Positions 28,053 through 38,338 are shown, counted from the first letter of the stretch. The stretch is 42,803 bases of DNA from Alistipes sp. (GCA_017380955.1 JAFOCZ010000027.1:1-42803); one strand, 5' to 3'. A program made the numbers and translations. Notes: generated by a model from the letters alone, not told the origin.

Positions 28053-29738
28053 TTAGTGCATCTCGAGGTGCTGCTCACGGAGTATACGCTCATACTCATC
28101 ACTATCGAGCAACAACTCCACAGCACGATTCACACTGCTATCTGTTGCTGCAGCGTGCTGCACTACACCACTTCTGTAGGCATAGCGGAGTATGATATCA
28201 GAGTTCAGCGTCTCGATAATATCGTGCTTGTATCTCTCGAGATTCGACATCTTATCATCACGAACAAGACTCTGCAACCTCTCCATCATCTCTGACATAT
28301 TCTCGTCGTAGAGTTCCTTCTCCGCAGCAGCCTCCAAAGCCTTGAGAGCCTTGCGTGTCTCCGACTCGTAGACTACATCCTTATCCTCCATAAATCGGCA
28401 AAACTCCGCATAATCCTCATCCGTAATCGAGAAACTATCTACGTCGATGCTCTCATTGTGGTGCTTACGCATATACTCATCAGCCCAATCCTCAACATAA
28501 CCCTGAGCATATAGCGCCACAGCAAAGCGGCTTACATACTCCGGATCTATCTTCACATCGGGCACAATACCTCCGCCATCGTAGACCCTGCGACCACCGC
28601 GTGTCTTAAACTCCGAAATCAACGAGTCGGGGACGTCGGTAATAGTGCCACTGCTACGCATCGACGAGTAGTTATGCGACTGTATGCATCGTCCCGAAGG
28701 GATATAGTATTTCGCAGTTGTATACTTCAAATATGTGTTATAACCCAAGTGGCGTGTACCCTGCACAAGACCCTTGCCATAGGTGCGGCTACCCATAACC
28801 ACCGCACGGTCCAAGTCCTGCAACGCACCGGCCAAAATCTCCGATGCCGATGCCGAAGAGCCTCCGACAAGAATCACCACAGGCACATCCTCGGCAATAG
28901 GAGCATAGCGTGTTGTGCAGTGCTTCAACGACGAGGAGTCACGACCCATAATAGAGACCACCTGCTCACCTCGTGACACAAACAACGAGGCGATATCCAC
29001 AGCCTCCTGCATCACACCACCACCATTGCTGCGATAGTCAAGCACCAAACCTCGCAACTCTCCCGTAGCCTGAAGAGCCTCCACAGCACGACGCATCTCG
29101 TCGTAACTACCCTCTATAAAGTCGCTATGCGAGATATATCCCACACCATCTCGCAACATTCCACAATAGTCGACGCTCGGCATTGTGATACGCTGACGGC
29201 GTAGTAACAGAGTGTCAACACGACCATCTATGTTACGCTCCACGACAACCTCCACATCCGTCTCGGCCTCGCCCTTGAGGCGTGAACTAACATCCTGTGT
29301 CGTAGCGCCACGCATATCCTCGCCACCGATAGCCAGAATCTTATCGCCAATCCTCACACCCCCAACATCCGCAGGAGAGCCCTCGTAGGGCTGTGCGAAG
29401 ATTATATAGTCACCCTTCTTGCGAATCAGTGAACCCACACCACCATAGCGACCTGTGGTCATAACCTCGAAGGCCTCCATAGACTCCTCAGAGAGATACT
29501 CCGTATATGGGTCAGTCACAAAGAGCATACCTCGTGATGCCGCATCGAGGAGGTCATCTGCCGATACCTCATCGACATATCCACGCTCCAACTCACGAAG
29601 CATATTCACAAGAATCTCCGACGCACGGCCGAGATCAAAATCTCTGTGAGACTGCTGACCATATGCCGCAGTGGTAGCAACGAGTGCCACCGCCACAACC
29701 ATACCTCGCAATAGTGATGTCATAAAACTCCTAAACAT
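28053..29738 (-). CDS. S41 family C-terminal processing peptidase with PDZ domain
   Basis: DPYT, YGGVG, DYRSNGGG, SASASEI, GKGLVQ. Confidence 0.93.
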   Translation of the reverse strand: MFRSFMTSLLRGMVVAVALVATTAAYGQQSHRDFDLGRASEILVNMLRELERGYVDEVSADDLLDAASRGMLFVTDPYTEYLSEESMEAFEVMTTGRYGGVGSLIRKKGDYIIFAQPYEGSPADVGGVRIGDKILAIGGEDMRGATTQDVSSRLKGEAETDVEVVVERNIDGRVDTLLLRRQRITMPSVDYCGMLRDGVGYISHSDFIEGSYDEMRRAVEALQATGELRGLVLDYRSNGGGVMQEAVDIASLFVSRGEQVVSIMGRDSSSLKHCTTRYAPIAEDVPVVILVGGSSASASEILAGALQDLDRAVVMGSRTYGKGLVQGTRHLGYNTYLKYTTAKYYIPSGRCIQSHNYSSMRSSGTITDVPDSLISEFKTRGGRRVYDGGGIVPDVKIDPEYVSRFAVALYAQGYVEDWADEYMRKHHNESIDVDSFSITDEDYAEFCRFMEDKDVVYESETRKALKALEAAAEKELYDENMSEMMERLQSLVRDDKMSNLERYKHDIIETLNSDIILRYAYRSGVVQHAAATDSSVNRAVELLLDSDEYERILREQHLEMH

Positions 29739-29741
29739 AGA

Positions 29742-30230
29742 CTACTCCTTATCCTCGAATCTGCTATTGTGGATATAAGCACCCAACTGATAACCAATAC
29801 GCGCCACAGCACGACGGATACCCTTAATCTCTACGCCACCATCAACCTCGCGCACCTCTATCCTATCCTCATACATAAACATCAGGCGCTTCACCATACC
29901 CTTAGCGCGGTAGATAAGAGCGCCATCCTCAGCACCCACCTCCTCGAAACCATAGAGGCGCATAGCATTGTCCAGACGCACCTTATCGTGCTCAAGCGAC
30001 ACACCCTCAACCCTGCTTGTCATAAAGCCAAAGCGTGGGTAGAACACCGCCAAAGCCACAAACGCCACAACGAGCCACAACCCCTTATCGGAGCACAACT
30101 GCGCCTCGAGCAGTGTCCACATATCGACCTTAACGCTATATGAGGTCATCGACATCAACCACACAAGCGCCAAATACAAAACGCTGATAAAGACCAAATA
30201 CTTCAGCGAACGGATAATATATCGTTTCAT
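29742..30230 (-). CDS. Hypothetical membrane protein
   Basis: Two N-terminal hydrophobic helices, tight operon spacing. Confidence 0.75.
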   Translation of the reverse strand: MKRYIIRSLKYLVFISVLYLALVWLMSMTSYSVKVDMWTLLEAQLCSDKGLWLVVAFVALAVFYPRFGFMTSRVEGVSLEHDKVRLDNAMRLYGFEEVGAEDGALIYRAKGMVKRLMFMYEDRIEVREVDGGVEIKGIRRAVARIGYQLGAYIHNSRFEDKE

Positions 30231-30240
30231 AATCTACAGG

Positions 30241-31119
30241 TTATCTATTGTTACACATCTTCTCCACGGCACTCGCCACATTCTCCATCAACCATCGTGG
30301 TGTTGAGGTAGCACCACAGATGCCTACGCTCTCAGCACCCTCAAACCACGCCATATCAACGTCCGAAGCCTCCTCGATATTGTAGCATCGGGGATTTGCA
30401 GCACGACAAACATCCGAAAGCACCTTACCATTTGACGACTTTCTGCCACATACGAACAGCACCACATCGACACTCTTCGAGAACTCCGCAAGCAGAGCCT
30501 CACGCCCTGCCACACGACGACAGATAGTGTCGTTGACCGTGAGCGTCACACCCTCCGCCATACGACCACGGATAACCTCGGCGAGATGGTTGAAGAGGTC
30601 GATGCTCTGTGTTGTCTGCGATAGGAAGTATATAGGACGGCTATAGTCCAAGCCCTCCAAGTCCTCCTCACGCTCCACAACCCTCACATCGTCATCCACC
30701 TGACCCGTAAGACCTATAACCTCGGCGTGACCACGCTTACCAAGCAACACCACGCTACCGCCAACCTCTGCCATCATAGCATATGCCTCACGCACAAGGC
30801 GCTGCAGGCGTGCTACAACAGGGCAGGTAGCATCCACAATATCTATACCCAGAGCCTCGGCACGGGCATAGGTGCGTGGTGGCTCGCCGTGGGCACGGAT
30901 GAGGAGTGTCTTACCTCCCAACTGCTCCATATCCTCCGCCGTAACGGTGTGAAGTCCCAACTCCTCGAGGCGCTGCACCTCGATGCGGTTGTGGACAATA
31001 TCGCCCAGGGAGTATACATCGCCCACACGACGCAGCGACTCCTCGGCAACATCTATAGCCCTGACAACACCAAAGCAGAAGCCCGAATTGTCATCTATCG
31101 TAACACGCATATTAGCCAT
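30241..31119 (-). CDS. ispH: 4-hydroxy-3-methylbut-2-enyl diphosphate reductase
   Basis: GFCFGV, IVHN, AHG, DATCP, SQTT, TIC, SSN, GATSTP. Confidence 0.96.
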   Translation of the reverse strand: MANMRVTIDDNSGFCFGVVRAIDVAEESLRRVGDVYSLGDIVHNRIEVQRLEELGLHTVTAEDMEQLGGKTLLIRAHGEPPRTYARAEALGIDIVDATCPVVARLQRLVREAYAMMAEVGGSVVLLGKRGHAEVIGLTGQVDDDVRVVEREEDLEGLDYSRPIYFLSQTTQSIDLFNHLAEVIRGRMAEGVTLTVNDTICRRVAGREALLAEFSKSVDVVLFVCGRKSSNGKVLSDVCRAANPRCYNIEEASDVDMAWFEGAESVGICGATSTPRWLMENVASAVEKMCNNR

Positions 31120-31807
31120 TTATTACTCGTTGATACTGCTCGTCGAACCACGACATCTGCTCCTCGACACTCATATGTGAGTTATCCAAGACCACAGCAT
31201 CGTCGGCCTTGCGCAGTGGAGATATGGCACGCGACATATCTGCCTTATCGCGCGACACCACATTCTCGTAAATCTGCTCTATGGTGACACTATCACCCTT
31301 TGCCGTAAGTTCCTTGTAGCGGCGCTCGGCACGCACCATAGCATCGGCAGTCATATATATCTTCAACTCGGCATTTGGAAATACCACAGTGCCAATGTCT
31401 CTGCCATCCATCACCACGCCACCGTTGCGTCCCATCTGCTGCTGCATAGCCACCAACTTCTGACGCACCGCGCCGATAGAACTTACTGCGCTTACGGAGT
31501 TGCTAACCTCGATACCACGAATCTTACCCTCCACAAGGTCGCCATTGACATAAATGTCGCTGGCACCACGCTGTGGGTTGAAGCGGAAGTCGATGTTTAT
31601 ATCCTGCAACATAGCCTCCACACGCTCCTCGTCGACGATGCCGTTTACGATTGCGCCATTCTCTGCGGCGTACAACGTCACAGCACGATACATAGCGCCG
31701 GTGTCGATGAAGATGTAGCCAAGACGTGCTGCTATGGCCTTAGCAAAGGTGCTCTTGCCACACGACGAGTGTCCGTCGATGGCGATAATAATTCTCTTGT
31801 TATCCAT
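31112..31807 (-). CDS. cmk: Cytidylate kinase
   Basis: IAIDG..SCGKST, DTGAMYR, DGRDIGTVV. Confidence 0.96.
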   Translation of the reverse strand: MDNKRIIIAIDGHSSCGKSTFAKAIAARLGYIFIDTGAMYRAVTLYAAENGAIVNGIVDEERVEAMLQDINIDFRFNPQRGASDIYVNGDLVEGKIRGIEVSNSVSAVSSIGAVRQKLVAMQQQMGRNGGVVMDGRDIGTVVFPNAELKIYMTADAMVRAERRYKELTAKGDSVTIEQIYENVVSRDKADMSRAISPLRKADDAVVLDNSHMSVEEQMSWFDEQYQRVING

Positions 31808-31810
31808 TTT

Positions 31811-32491
31811 CTAACTTATAATTACGGAGATGAGTGTTATGATGCCCAGCGCACATATCACAATACCTGCAATACGATTTATCGCGAGCATATGGCGTGG
31901 CTTGAAACCCTTGCGGAAGATGTTGATGATGGATGTAAGGGCTATCCACCACGACATAGCGCCGAGGAGGAAGCCACCAAGCACCAACACATTATTCACC
32001 CACTGCTCGACGTGTGCCGCAGCACTCTCAGCCTCTACATTCAGCGAGAGGTCGATGTTGAACATTGTGAAAAATGCGAGAATATAGGGTATTACAACCA
32101 CAAAATTTGCTAACGTAAAGCCAAACATCGAGGCAAAGTCCTGCCATAAGGCACTTCTTCCCGTACGATTTTTGCGAATCTGAGGCACAGGATTCTTGAA
32201 GAATATCAGCACTCCGACAATCACCACAAAGAGACCGCCACAGAATTGTATGATGGTGTTATACTGGTCGATATAACTCTTCAGGAGTGCATATACCGAG
32301 AAGGCAAGTATCGCCATCAGCGTGTCGGCACACGCGATACCCAATCCCGAGAGGAGTCCCGAGAGATGTCCCTTGCTCAACGTGCGCTGTATGCATAGCA
32401 CCGCCACAGGACCCACCGTAACCGACGAGGCGAGACCCACGCAGAAACCTCCAAAGAGTATCTTTACTATGTCGATAAATATTTGCTCCAT
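31811..32491 (-). CDS. LysE family transporter
   Basis: GPVAVLCIQRTL, GLGIACAD, hydrophobic profile; ATG at 32491 preferred over TTG at 32500. Confidence 0.85.
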   Translation of the reverse strand: MEQIFIDIVKILFGGFCVGLASSVTVGPVAVLCIQRTLSKGHLSGLLSGLGIACADTLMAILAFSVYALLKSYIDQYNTIIQFCGGLFVVIVGVLIFFKNPVPQIRKNRTGRSALWQDFASMFGFTLANFVVVIPYILAFFTMFNIDLSLNVEAESAAAHVEQWVNNVLVLGGFLLGAMSWWIALTSIINIFRKGFKPRHMLAINRIAGIVICALGIITLISVIIS

Positions 32492-32681
32492 CTCCTTCAA
32501 GCATTATGCCCACTATATCGTGGCAAAGATACAACTTTTTTAGAAGATTTGAGGGTGCTTCAACGGTAATTATTACATCAAATTGTTATTTTTTTCGGTG
32601 CAGTTTTTGTATTTTTTGGTTGTTCGCAAATTATTTCTTACTTTTACAAAGTAATTCTAACAATTTTAATACCGTTAAACT

Positions 32682-32987
32682 ATGAGCGAGACTAAGAAAC
32701 AGGGTATCGAGATACAACTTGACGAGCAGGTGGGTCAGGGTAACTACTGCAACTTGGCAATCATCACACACTCCACCTCGGAGTTTATCGTAGACTTTGC
32801 CACGATGCTTCCAGGATTGCCTAAGGCACGTGTTCGCAGTCGCATAGTCCTCACCCCTGAGCACGCCAAGCGCCTGCTGCTGTCGTTGCAGGAGAATGTC
32901 ACACGCTACGAGAGCGCCTTTGGCCCTATCAGTATTCGTGCCAAGCAGCCTACGATTGACCCCTTCGGCGGCAAAGGCAACGCTTAG
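32682..32987 (+). CDS. DUF3467 domain protein
   Basis: GNYCNLAIITHSTSEFIVDF, LTPEHAKRL. Confidence 0.88.
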   Translation: MSETKKQGIEIQLDEQVGQGNYCNLAIITHSTSEFIVDFATMLPGLPKARVRSRIVLTPEHAKRLLLSLQENVTRYESAFGPISIRAKQPTIDPFGGKGNA

Positions 32988-32989
32988 TA

Positions 32990-33017
32990 AAAAAACCATC
33001 CTTCGGGATGGTTTTTT
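32990..33017 (+). terminator. Intrinsic terminator with UUCG tetraloop
   Basis: AAAAAACCATCC-TTCG-GGATGGTTTTTT. Confidence 0.88.
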
Positions 33018-33070
33018 AATTAGTAATGAGTTAATTAGTAATTAGTAATGGGGTCGCTCCGTTGGAGCGA
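33017..33070. repeat. TAATTAG heptamer repeats plus small hairpin
   Basis: Five imperfect units 33017-33052, TCGCTCC-gtt-GGAGCGA 33054-33070. Confidence 0.7.
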
Positions 33071-33081
33071 TAAATAAACTG

Positions 33082-33297
33082 CGTCATACCGAGGAGGCGC
33101 ACGGTATAGTGTCTCAAGCGGTTATACGTTCGCTGCGCCGACGTGGGTATCTACCGCTGGTATATCCATTGAGGGCTGCAATTGATAGCATCAACGGGTA
33201 TCAGCAAGGTGGTTTAGACAAAGGTAGATTGCCACAGAATTGCATAGACCAAGTACGTTATCAAGTAGGTCTTCGGATGCAATTCTTCGCAATGACG
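33082..33297. repeat. 216-bp multi-branched palindromic element (REP/RPE/MITE-like)
   Basis: Ends CGTCATACCGAGGA / TCTTCGCAATGACG pair; four internal stems. Confidence 0.7.
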
Positions 33298-33308
33298 AGG
33301 TTTTATTA

Positions 33309-33377
33309 TAGTGAGTTCAGGGAGATTAGGGCAAAACACTAAATTCTTTAAATTCCCTAAACTCTTTAAACTCACTA
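33309..33377. repeat. Nonamer repeats in inverted arrangement
   Basis: TAAATTCTT TAAATTCCC TAAACTCTT TAAACTCAC (33340-33375); ends TAGTGAGTT/AACTCACTA complementary. Confidence 0.7.
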
Positions 33378-33426
33378 CCACACCCCTATGAATTTGGGGT
33401 TAGAATGGGTTAGATTTGGTTTATCA

Positions 33427-33476
33427 CAAAAGAAGACACCTCGGGATAGTACAAGTAGTACAGCCCGAGGTGTCTT
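33427..33476 (-). terminator. Terminator after frr
   Basis: AAGACACCTCGGG...CCCGAGGTGTCTT 13-bp stem. Confidence 0.7.
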
Positions 33477-33518
33477 ACTTTTAGTGATGGATCGAAGATG
33501 ACCCATTATCACCCCAAA

Positions 33519-34076
33519 TTACACGGTCATTACCTCTTTCTCCTTCTTATCTAACTCGATATCGAGGAGTTTGGTGAACTTCTCAAGAAGTTTCTGTACC
33601 TGTGCCTCGCCGTCTTTCTGCTCATCCTCAGACATACCCTCCTTCTGAGCCTTCTTGAATGCCTCAACAGCATCACGACGAGCGTTACGGAGGCTGATAC
33701 GTGCAGTCTCACCCTCTGCTTTCACCTTCTTCACAATCTCCTTACGACGATCCTCGGTGAGAGGTGGGATAGAGAGACGGATGTGCTCACCATTGTTTGA
33801 TGGTGTGAGACCGATGTTTGAGTCGATGATAGCCTTCTCGATAAGGCGAATCATATTCTTATCCCAAGGCTGGATGAGGATGGTCTTAGCATCTGGAACA
33901 GTGACACTTGCAACACCAGATACTGGAGTCTGTGAGCCATAGTAATCTACAAAAACGCCATTGAGAACATTTACCGACGCCTTACCAGCGCGGATGTTGA
34001 GAAGTTCCTCTGCAAGGTGATCTATAGCGCGCTGCATACGATCTGTAGCCTCGGCCATAATAGTTTTGGTATCCAT
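33519..34076 (-). CDS. frr: Ribosome recycling factor
   Basis: IRAGKA, DYYG, PPLTEDRR, RNARRDA; start set at MDTK. Confidence 0.96.
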   Translation of the reverse strand: MDTKTIMAEATDRMQRAIDHLAEELLNIRAGKASVNVLNGVFVDYYGSQTPVSGVASVTVPDAKTILIQPWDKNMIRLIEKAIIDSNIGLTPSNNGEHIRLSIPPLTEDRRKEIVKKVKAEGETARISLRNARRDAVEAFKKAQKEGMSEDEQKDGEAQVQKLLEKFTKLLDIELDKKEKEVMTV

Positions 34077-34110
34077 ACTTTTATCTTTATTTAGTTTATT
34101 CGTTTGAGTC

Positions 34111-34713
34111 TTACTTCTTTGCAAGGGCTGCGGTGATAGCCTCATCCAACTCCTTTGCAATCTGCTCGTCGTAGCCTACGCCGACATATGCTACAACACC
34201 ATCACGACCTACGAGGATGCTGCGAGGGATGTAGTTTGAGGCATACTTGCGATAGATAGACTGGTCGGTGTCGAGACCAATAGGGAATGTGTAGCCCATC
34301 TTTGTGATGTACTCCTCAACCTTCTGGCGAGTCTCGCCACGAGAGATAGGAAGCACCAGCAAATCCTCGCCCGCAAAACGGTCGATAACATCCTTCTGCA
34401 TATGTGACAACTCCAAACGACAAGGAGGACACCACGTTGCCCAGAACGAGATGAGAACCACCTTGCCACGCTGCGCTGAGAGGGTCACCTTCTTGCCATC
34501 GAGCATCTCGACGGTGAAGTCAGGGGCTACATCGCCAGCGTTGATGAGTGTTGTCTCGGCGATGTCATCCTGCTGTGTAGGGTACTCGATGCGTGATGCC
34601 ACTACATCCACAGGCCAAAGGATTATTGCCACTACAAGGGCTATGAGTGCTGCGAGCATCACCAGGAGGGTGAGCGTCGAGCCACGCTTCTTATGCTTAG
34701 ACTGAATTGCCAT
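34111..34713 (-). CDS. TlpA-family thiol-disulfide oxidoreductase
   Basis: N-terminal TM helix, APDF, FWATWCPPC. Confidence 0.9.
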   Translation of the reverse strand: MAIQSKHKKRGSTLTLLVMLAALIALVVAIILWPVDVVASRIEYPTQQDDIAETTLINAGDVAPDFTVEMLDGKKVTLSAQRGKVVLISFWATWCPPCRLELSHMQKDVIDRFAGEDLLVLPISRGETRQKVEEYITKMGYTFPIGLDTDQSIYRKYASNYIPRSILVGRDGVVAYVGVGYDEQIAKELDEAITAALAKK

Positions 34714-34735
34714 AATATACTAAATTTTTAAGGTT

Positions 34736-35452
34736 TTACTCTGTAACTACGGTGCCGATGTTCTCTCCTGCTACAACCTTCTCGAGGTTACCCACGGTAT
34801 CCATATCGAATACTATGAGCGAGAGGTGATTCTCGCGGCACAACGTAAATGCTGTCTGATCCATAACCTTGAGGCGGCGTGCTATGACCTCGTCGAAGGT
34901 GATAGTGTCGAACTTCGTTGCCGTAGGATCCTTCTCAGGGTCGGCAGTGTAGATGCCATCTACGCGTGTGCCCTTGAACATCACCTCTGCCTCAATCTCT
35001 ATGCCACGGAGTGCCGATGCTGTATCTGTAGAGAAGTATGGGTTGGATGTGCCACCGCCGATGATAACAACATATCCTGCCTCGAGATACTCGATAGCCT
35101 TTGCCTTAGAGTAATACTCGCCGATAGGCTCCATACGGATAGATGTAAGCACCTTGGCCTTTACACCTGCTGACTCCAATGCCGACTGCAACGCCAAAGA
35201 GTTGATGATAGTTGCAAGCATTCCCATCTGATCGCCCTTAACGCGGTCGAAGCCACGTCCTGCGCCCTGGATACCTCGGAAGATGTTACCGCCACCGATG
35301 ACAATACCAATCTCCACACCCATATCCTTGATGCGCCTAATCTGCTCTGCATAAGCATTCAAGACCTCTACATCGTGACCATAGTTCTGTTTACCCTGCA
35401 ACGACTCACCACTGAGTTTGAGCAATATTCTGCGATACTTAGATGCTGCCAT
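34736..35452 (-). CDS. pyrH: UMP kinase
   Basis: LLKLSGE, GGGNIFRG, MGMLAT, PYFSTD. Confidence 0.97.
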   Translation of the reverse strand: MAASKYRRILLKLSGESLQGKQNYGHDVEVLNAYAEQIRRIKDMGVEIGIVIGGGNIFRGIQGAGRGFDRVKGDQMGMLATIINSLALQSALESAGVKAKVLTSIRMEPIGEYYSKAKAIEYLEAGYVVIIGGGTSNPYFSTDTASALRGIEIEAEVMFKGTRVDGIYTADPEKDPTATKFDTITFDEVIARRLKVMDQTAFTLCRENHLSLIVFDMDTVGNLEKVVAGENIGTVVTE

Positions 35453-35634
35453 AATTTTTAGATATGCGTTTATGTTTTATTAAATTATGCGAAGATAGTT
35501 ATTTTTACCTAAATATACAATCTTTTCGCCACAGTTTTTAATTTTCAGCGCTCGGCGTATGGTTTTTGCGCTATGCGAGGCTTTTAATCTAAAAAATTAC
35601 TTATCTTTGTTGTTTGATATTGAATATTGTAACG

Positions 35635-37500
35635 ATGATAGGCAACGAGTATAAATATCTGAATTGTGTAAACACTCCCGAGCATCTGCGAAAGTTGAGC
35701 ATCGCGGAGTTGAAGGAGTATGCCAACGAACTACGTCGTTATATCGTAGAGTGTTGCGCCACAAACCCCGGACACCTCGGCTCGAGTCTCGGTGCTATAG
35801 AACTCACCATAGCGCTCCACTATGTCTACGACACCCCTGCGGATAGCATCGTGTGGGATGTGGGACATCAGGCCTATGCTCATAAGATTATCACCGAGCG
35901 CCGCGACACCTTCACCACAAACCGTAAGTATGGCGGTATCAGCGGCTTCCCACGTATGAGCGAGAGTCGCTACGACGCCTTTGGTGGTGGTCACGCCTCG
36001 GTAAGTATCTCCGCAGCATTTGGCATCGCCAAGGCTCAGGAGTTGCAGCAGAAGCCTCAGCACGTGGTGGCTGTCATCGGCGATGGTGCTCTCACCGGAG
36101 GTCTCGCCTTCGAGGGTCTCAACAATGCCGGAGCATCGCCAAAGACCGACATCCTTGTGGTACTCAACGACAACGAGATGTCTATAGACAAGCCTGCCGG
36201 TGCGCTGGATAGTTACCTGGTGCGTATCTCTACATCGCGATGGTATAACACCCTGAAGCGAGCACTATGGCGAGGGCTCTCGGTAATACCACCATTGCAC
36301 CGCCTTGTGCGCAAGACGGGTAACGCCATAAAGCACGGATTGCTACAAAATAGCAACCTCTTTGAGAGTCTGAATTTCAGATACTTCGGTCCTGTGGATG
36401 GTCACGACATCGAGGAGTTGATACGCACACTCCGAGGCTTGAAGGATATCGGAGGACCTAAACTGCTGCATATCAAGACCACGAAGGGCAAGGGCTATGC
36501 TCCTGCCGAGGCAGACCCTGCGGTATGGCACGCCCCAGGACGCTTCGATGTGGCTACTGGAGAGCGCGTGAAGAGCACATACCCTGCCGACCGCTATCAG
36601 GATGTCTTTGGACAGACACTCCTCGACTTAGCACACCAGAACGACAAAATTGTGGGTATAACACCCGCTATGCCTTCGGGATGTTCTATGAATATCGTTA
36701 TGCGTGAGATGCCCGAGAGATGCTTCGACGTGGGCATCGCCGAGGGTCACGCCGTGACATTCTCGGCAGGTCTTGCAGCCGGTGGCAGCCGCCCCTTCTG
36801 CAACATCTACTCATCGTTTATGCAGCGCGCCTACGACAATGTAATCCACGATGTTGCGCTTCAGAACTTGCCTGTTGTGATGTGCCTCGACCGTGCCGGC
36901 ATCGTTGGCGAGGATGGCGCTACGCACCACGGTGCTTTTGACCTTGCATACTTCGGCTGTCTGCCAAATATCACCATCGCAGCACCACGCAACGAGTGGA
37001 TGCTCCGACAGATGATGCACACAGCATCTACGGCCAACCACCCTACCGTAATCCGCTACCCACGAGGTATCGGCGAGGGCGTGGAGTGGCGCAACACACC
37101 TTTCGAGATATTAGTGGAGGGTCGTGGTGAGCAACTTCGCGAGGGTAGCGATGTGGCAATTATCGGCGTTGGCACTATGGTAAACGTGGCGATGCGTGCC
37201 GCAGAGCGCAGCGAGCGCAGTGTTGCGGTCTTTGACATCCGCTATGCCAAGCCTCTCGACACCGAACTTATAGAGAGCATCGGCACACGATTCTCGCGCA
37301 TCATAACCATCGAGGATGGCATCATACGCGGTGGTGTGGGTGAGGCTATAGTGTCACACCTCGCACGCAAGGGCTTCACACCAAAGGTAAAGACCTTAGG
37401 CATAGATGACTACTTTGTGCATCACGGCAAACCCGCAGAGTTGTACTCGGAGTGTGGCTACGACGAGGAGGCACTGCTAAAGGAGATTAATAATATATAA
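35635..37500 (+). CDS. dxs: 1-deoxy-D-xylulose-5-phosphate synthase
   Basis: GHLGSSLG, DVGHQ, GDGALTGG, LNDN, GIAE, DGATH; ATG 35635 preferred because the -7 box is at 35602-35609. Confidence 0.97.
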   Translation: MIGNEYKYLNCVNTPEHLRKLSIAELKEYANELRRYIVECCATNPGHLGSSLGAIELTIALHYVYDTPADSIVWDVGHQAYAHKIITERRDTFTTNRKYGGISGFPRMSESRYDAFGGGHASVSISAAFGIAKAQELQQKPQHVVAVIGDGALTGGLAFEGLNNAGASPKTDILVVLNDNEMSIDKPAGALDSYLVRISTSRWYNTLKRALWRGLSVIPPLHRLVRKTGNAIKHGLLQNSNLFESLNFRYFGPVDGHDIEELIRTLRGLKDIGGPKLLHIKTTKGKGYAPAEADPAVWHAPGRFDVATGERVKSTYPADRYQDVFGQTLLDLAHQNDKIVGITPAMPSGCSMNIVMREMPERCFDVGIAEGHAVTFSAGLAAGGSRPFCNIYSSFMQRAYDNVIHDVALQNLPVVMCLDRAGIVGEDGATHHGAFDLAYFGCLPNITIAAPRNEWMLRQMMHTASTANHPTVIRYPRGIGEGVEWRNTPFEILVEGRGEQLREGSDVAIIGVGTMVNVAMRAAERSERSVAVFDIRYAKPLDTELIESIGTRFSRIITIEDGIIRGGVGEAIVSHLARKGFTPKVKTLGIDDYFVHHGKPAELYSECGYDEEALLKEINNI

Positions 37501-37513
37501 TATAGAATAGAGT

Positions 37514-38338
37514 ATGTTTGAACTTGAGAGAGATATCGTTGAGCAGGCGTGGCAAAACCGCGAGATGCTTCACGAAGAGGAGGTTAAGGATGCTATACGT
37601 CGCATCGTAGAGGCTGTGGACAAAGGCGTTGTGCGCTGTGCCGAGCCTATAGACATAGAGAATAGCAAGTGGCAGGTTAACGAGTGGGTTAAGAAGGCTA
37701 TTATTATGTACTTCCCAATACAGACTATGCGCACTATGACGGCTGGCGAGTTGGAGTGGTACGACAAGATGGAGTTGAAGCGCGGCTACGAGGAGTTGGG
37801 CGTGCGTGTAGTACCTCACGCCGTGGCACGCTATGGCGCATATATAGCCCCAGGCGCAATCCTTATGCCTTCGTATGTAAATATAGGTGCGTATGTAGAT
37901 AGCGGCACTATGGTCGACACGTGGGCTACCGTGGGCTCGTGCGCACAGATTGGCAAGAACGTACACCTCTCGGGAGGTGTGGGTATCGGCGGTGTGCTGG
38001 AGCCTGTGCAGGCATCTCCCGTAATCATCGAGGACAACTGCTTCATCGGCTCACGCTCTATCGTTGTGGAGGGTGCGCACATCTGCCGCGAGGCGGTCCT
38101 CGGCTCTAACACCGTTATCACCGGCTCTACGCATATCATCGACGTTACGGGCGACGAGCCTGTGGAGTATAAGGGTTATGTGCCACCACGCTCGGTAGTT
38201 GTGTCGGGTACCTACACCAAGAAGTTCCCAGCAGGAGAGTATGGTGTGCAGTGCGCCCTGATTATCGGTCGCCGCAAGGAGTCTACAGATAAGAAAACAT
38301 CGTTGAACGACTGTCTCCGCGACTTTGCAATATCGTAG
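37514..38338 (+). CDS. dapD: Tetrahydrodipicolinate N-succinyltransferase
   Basis: VNEWVKKA, DTWATVGSCAQIG, GGVGIGGVLEP. Confidence 0.96.
   Translation: MFELERDIVEQAWQNREMLHEEEVKDAIRRIVEAVDKGVVRCAEPIDIENSKWQVNEWVKKAIIMYFPIQTMRTMTAGELEWYDKMELKRGYEELGVRVVPHAVARYGAYIAPGAILMPSYVNIGAYVDSGTMVDTWATVGSCAQIGKNVHLSGGVGIGGVLEPVQASPVIIEDNCFIGSRSIVVEGAHICREAVLGSNTVITGSTHIIDVTGDEPVEYKGYVPPRSVVVSGTYTKKFPAGEYGVQCALIIGRRKESTDKKTSLNDCLRDFAIS

Noticed and set aside
33109-33342. 77-aa ORF across the palindromic element
   Set aside because: GTG start inside a stem, downstream of a strong terminator, no promoter or motif.
34077-34160. Extended N-termini in the ORF track (frr; likewise serS 41382, dxs 35614, lipoprotein 4660)
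   Set aside because: The upstream starts overlap a neighbouring gene or promoter box, or precede the signal peptide; downstream ATGs fit better.
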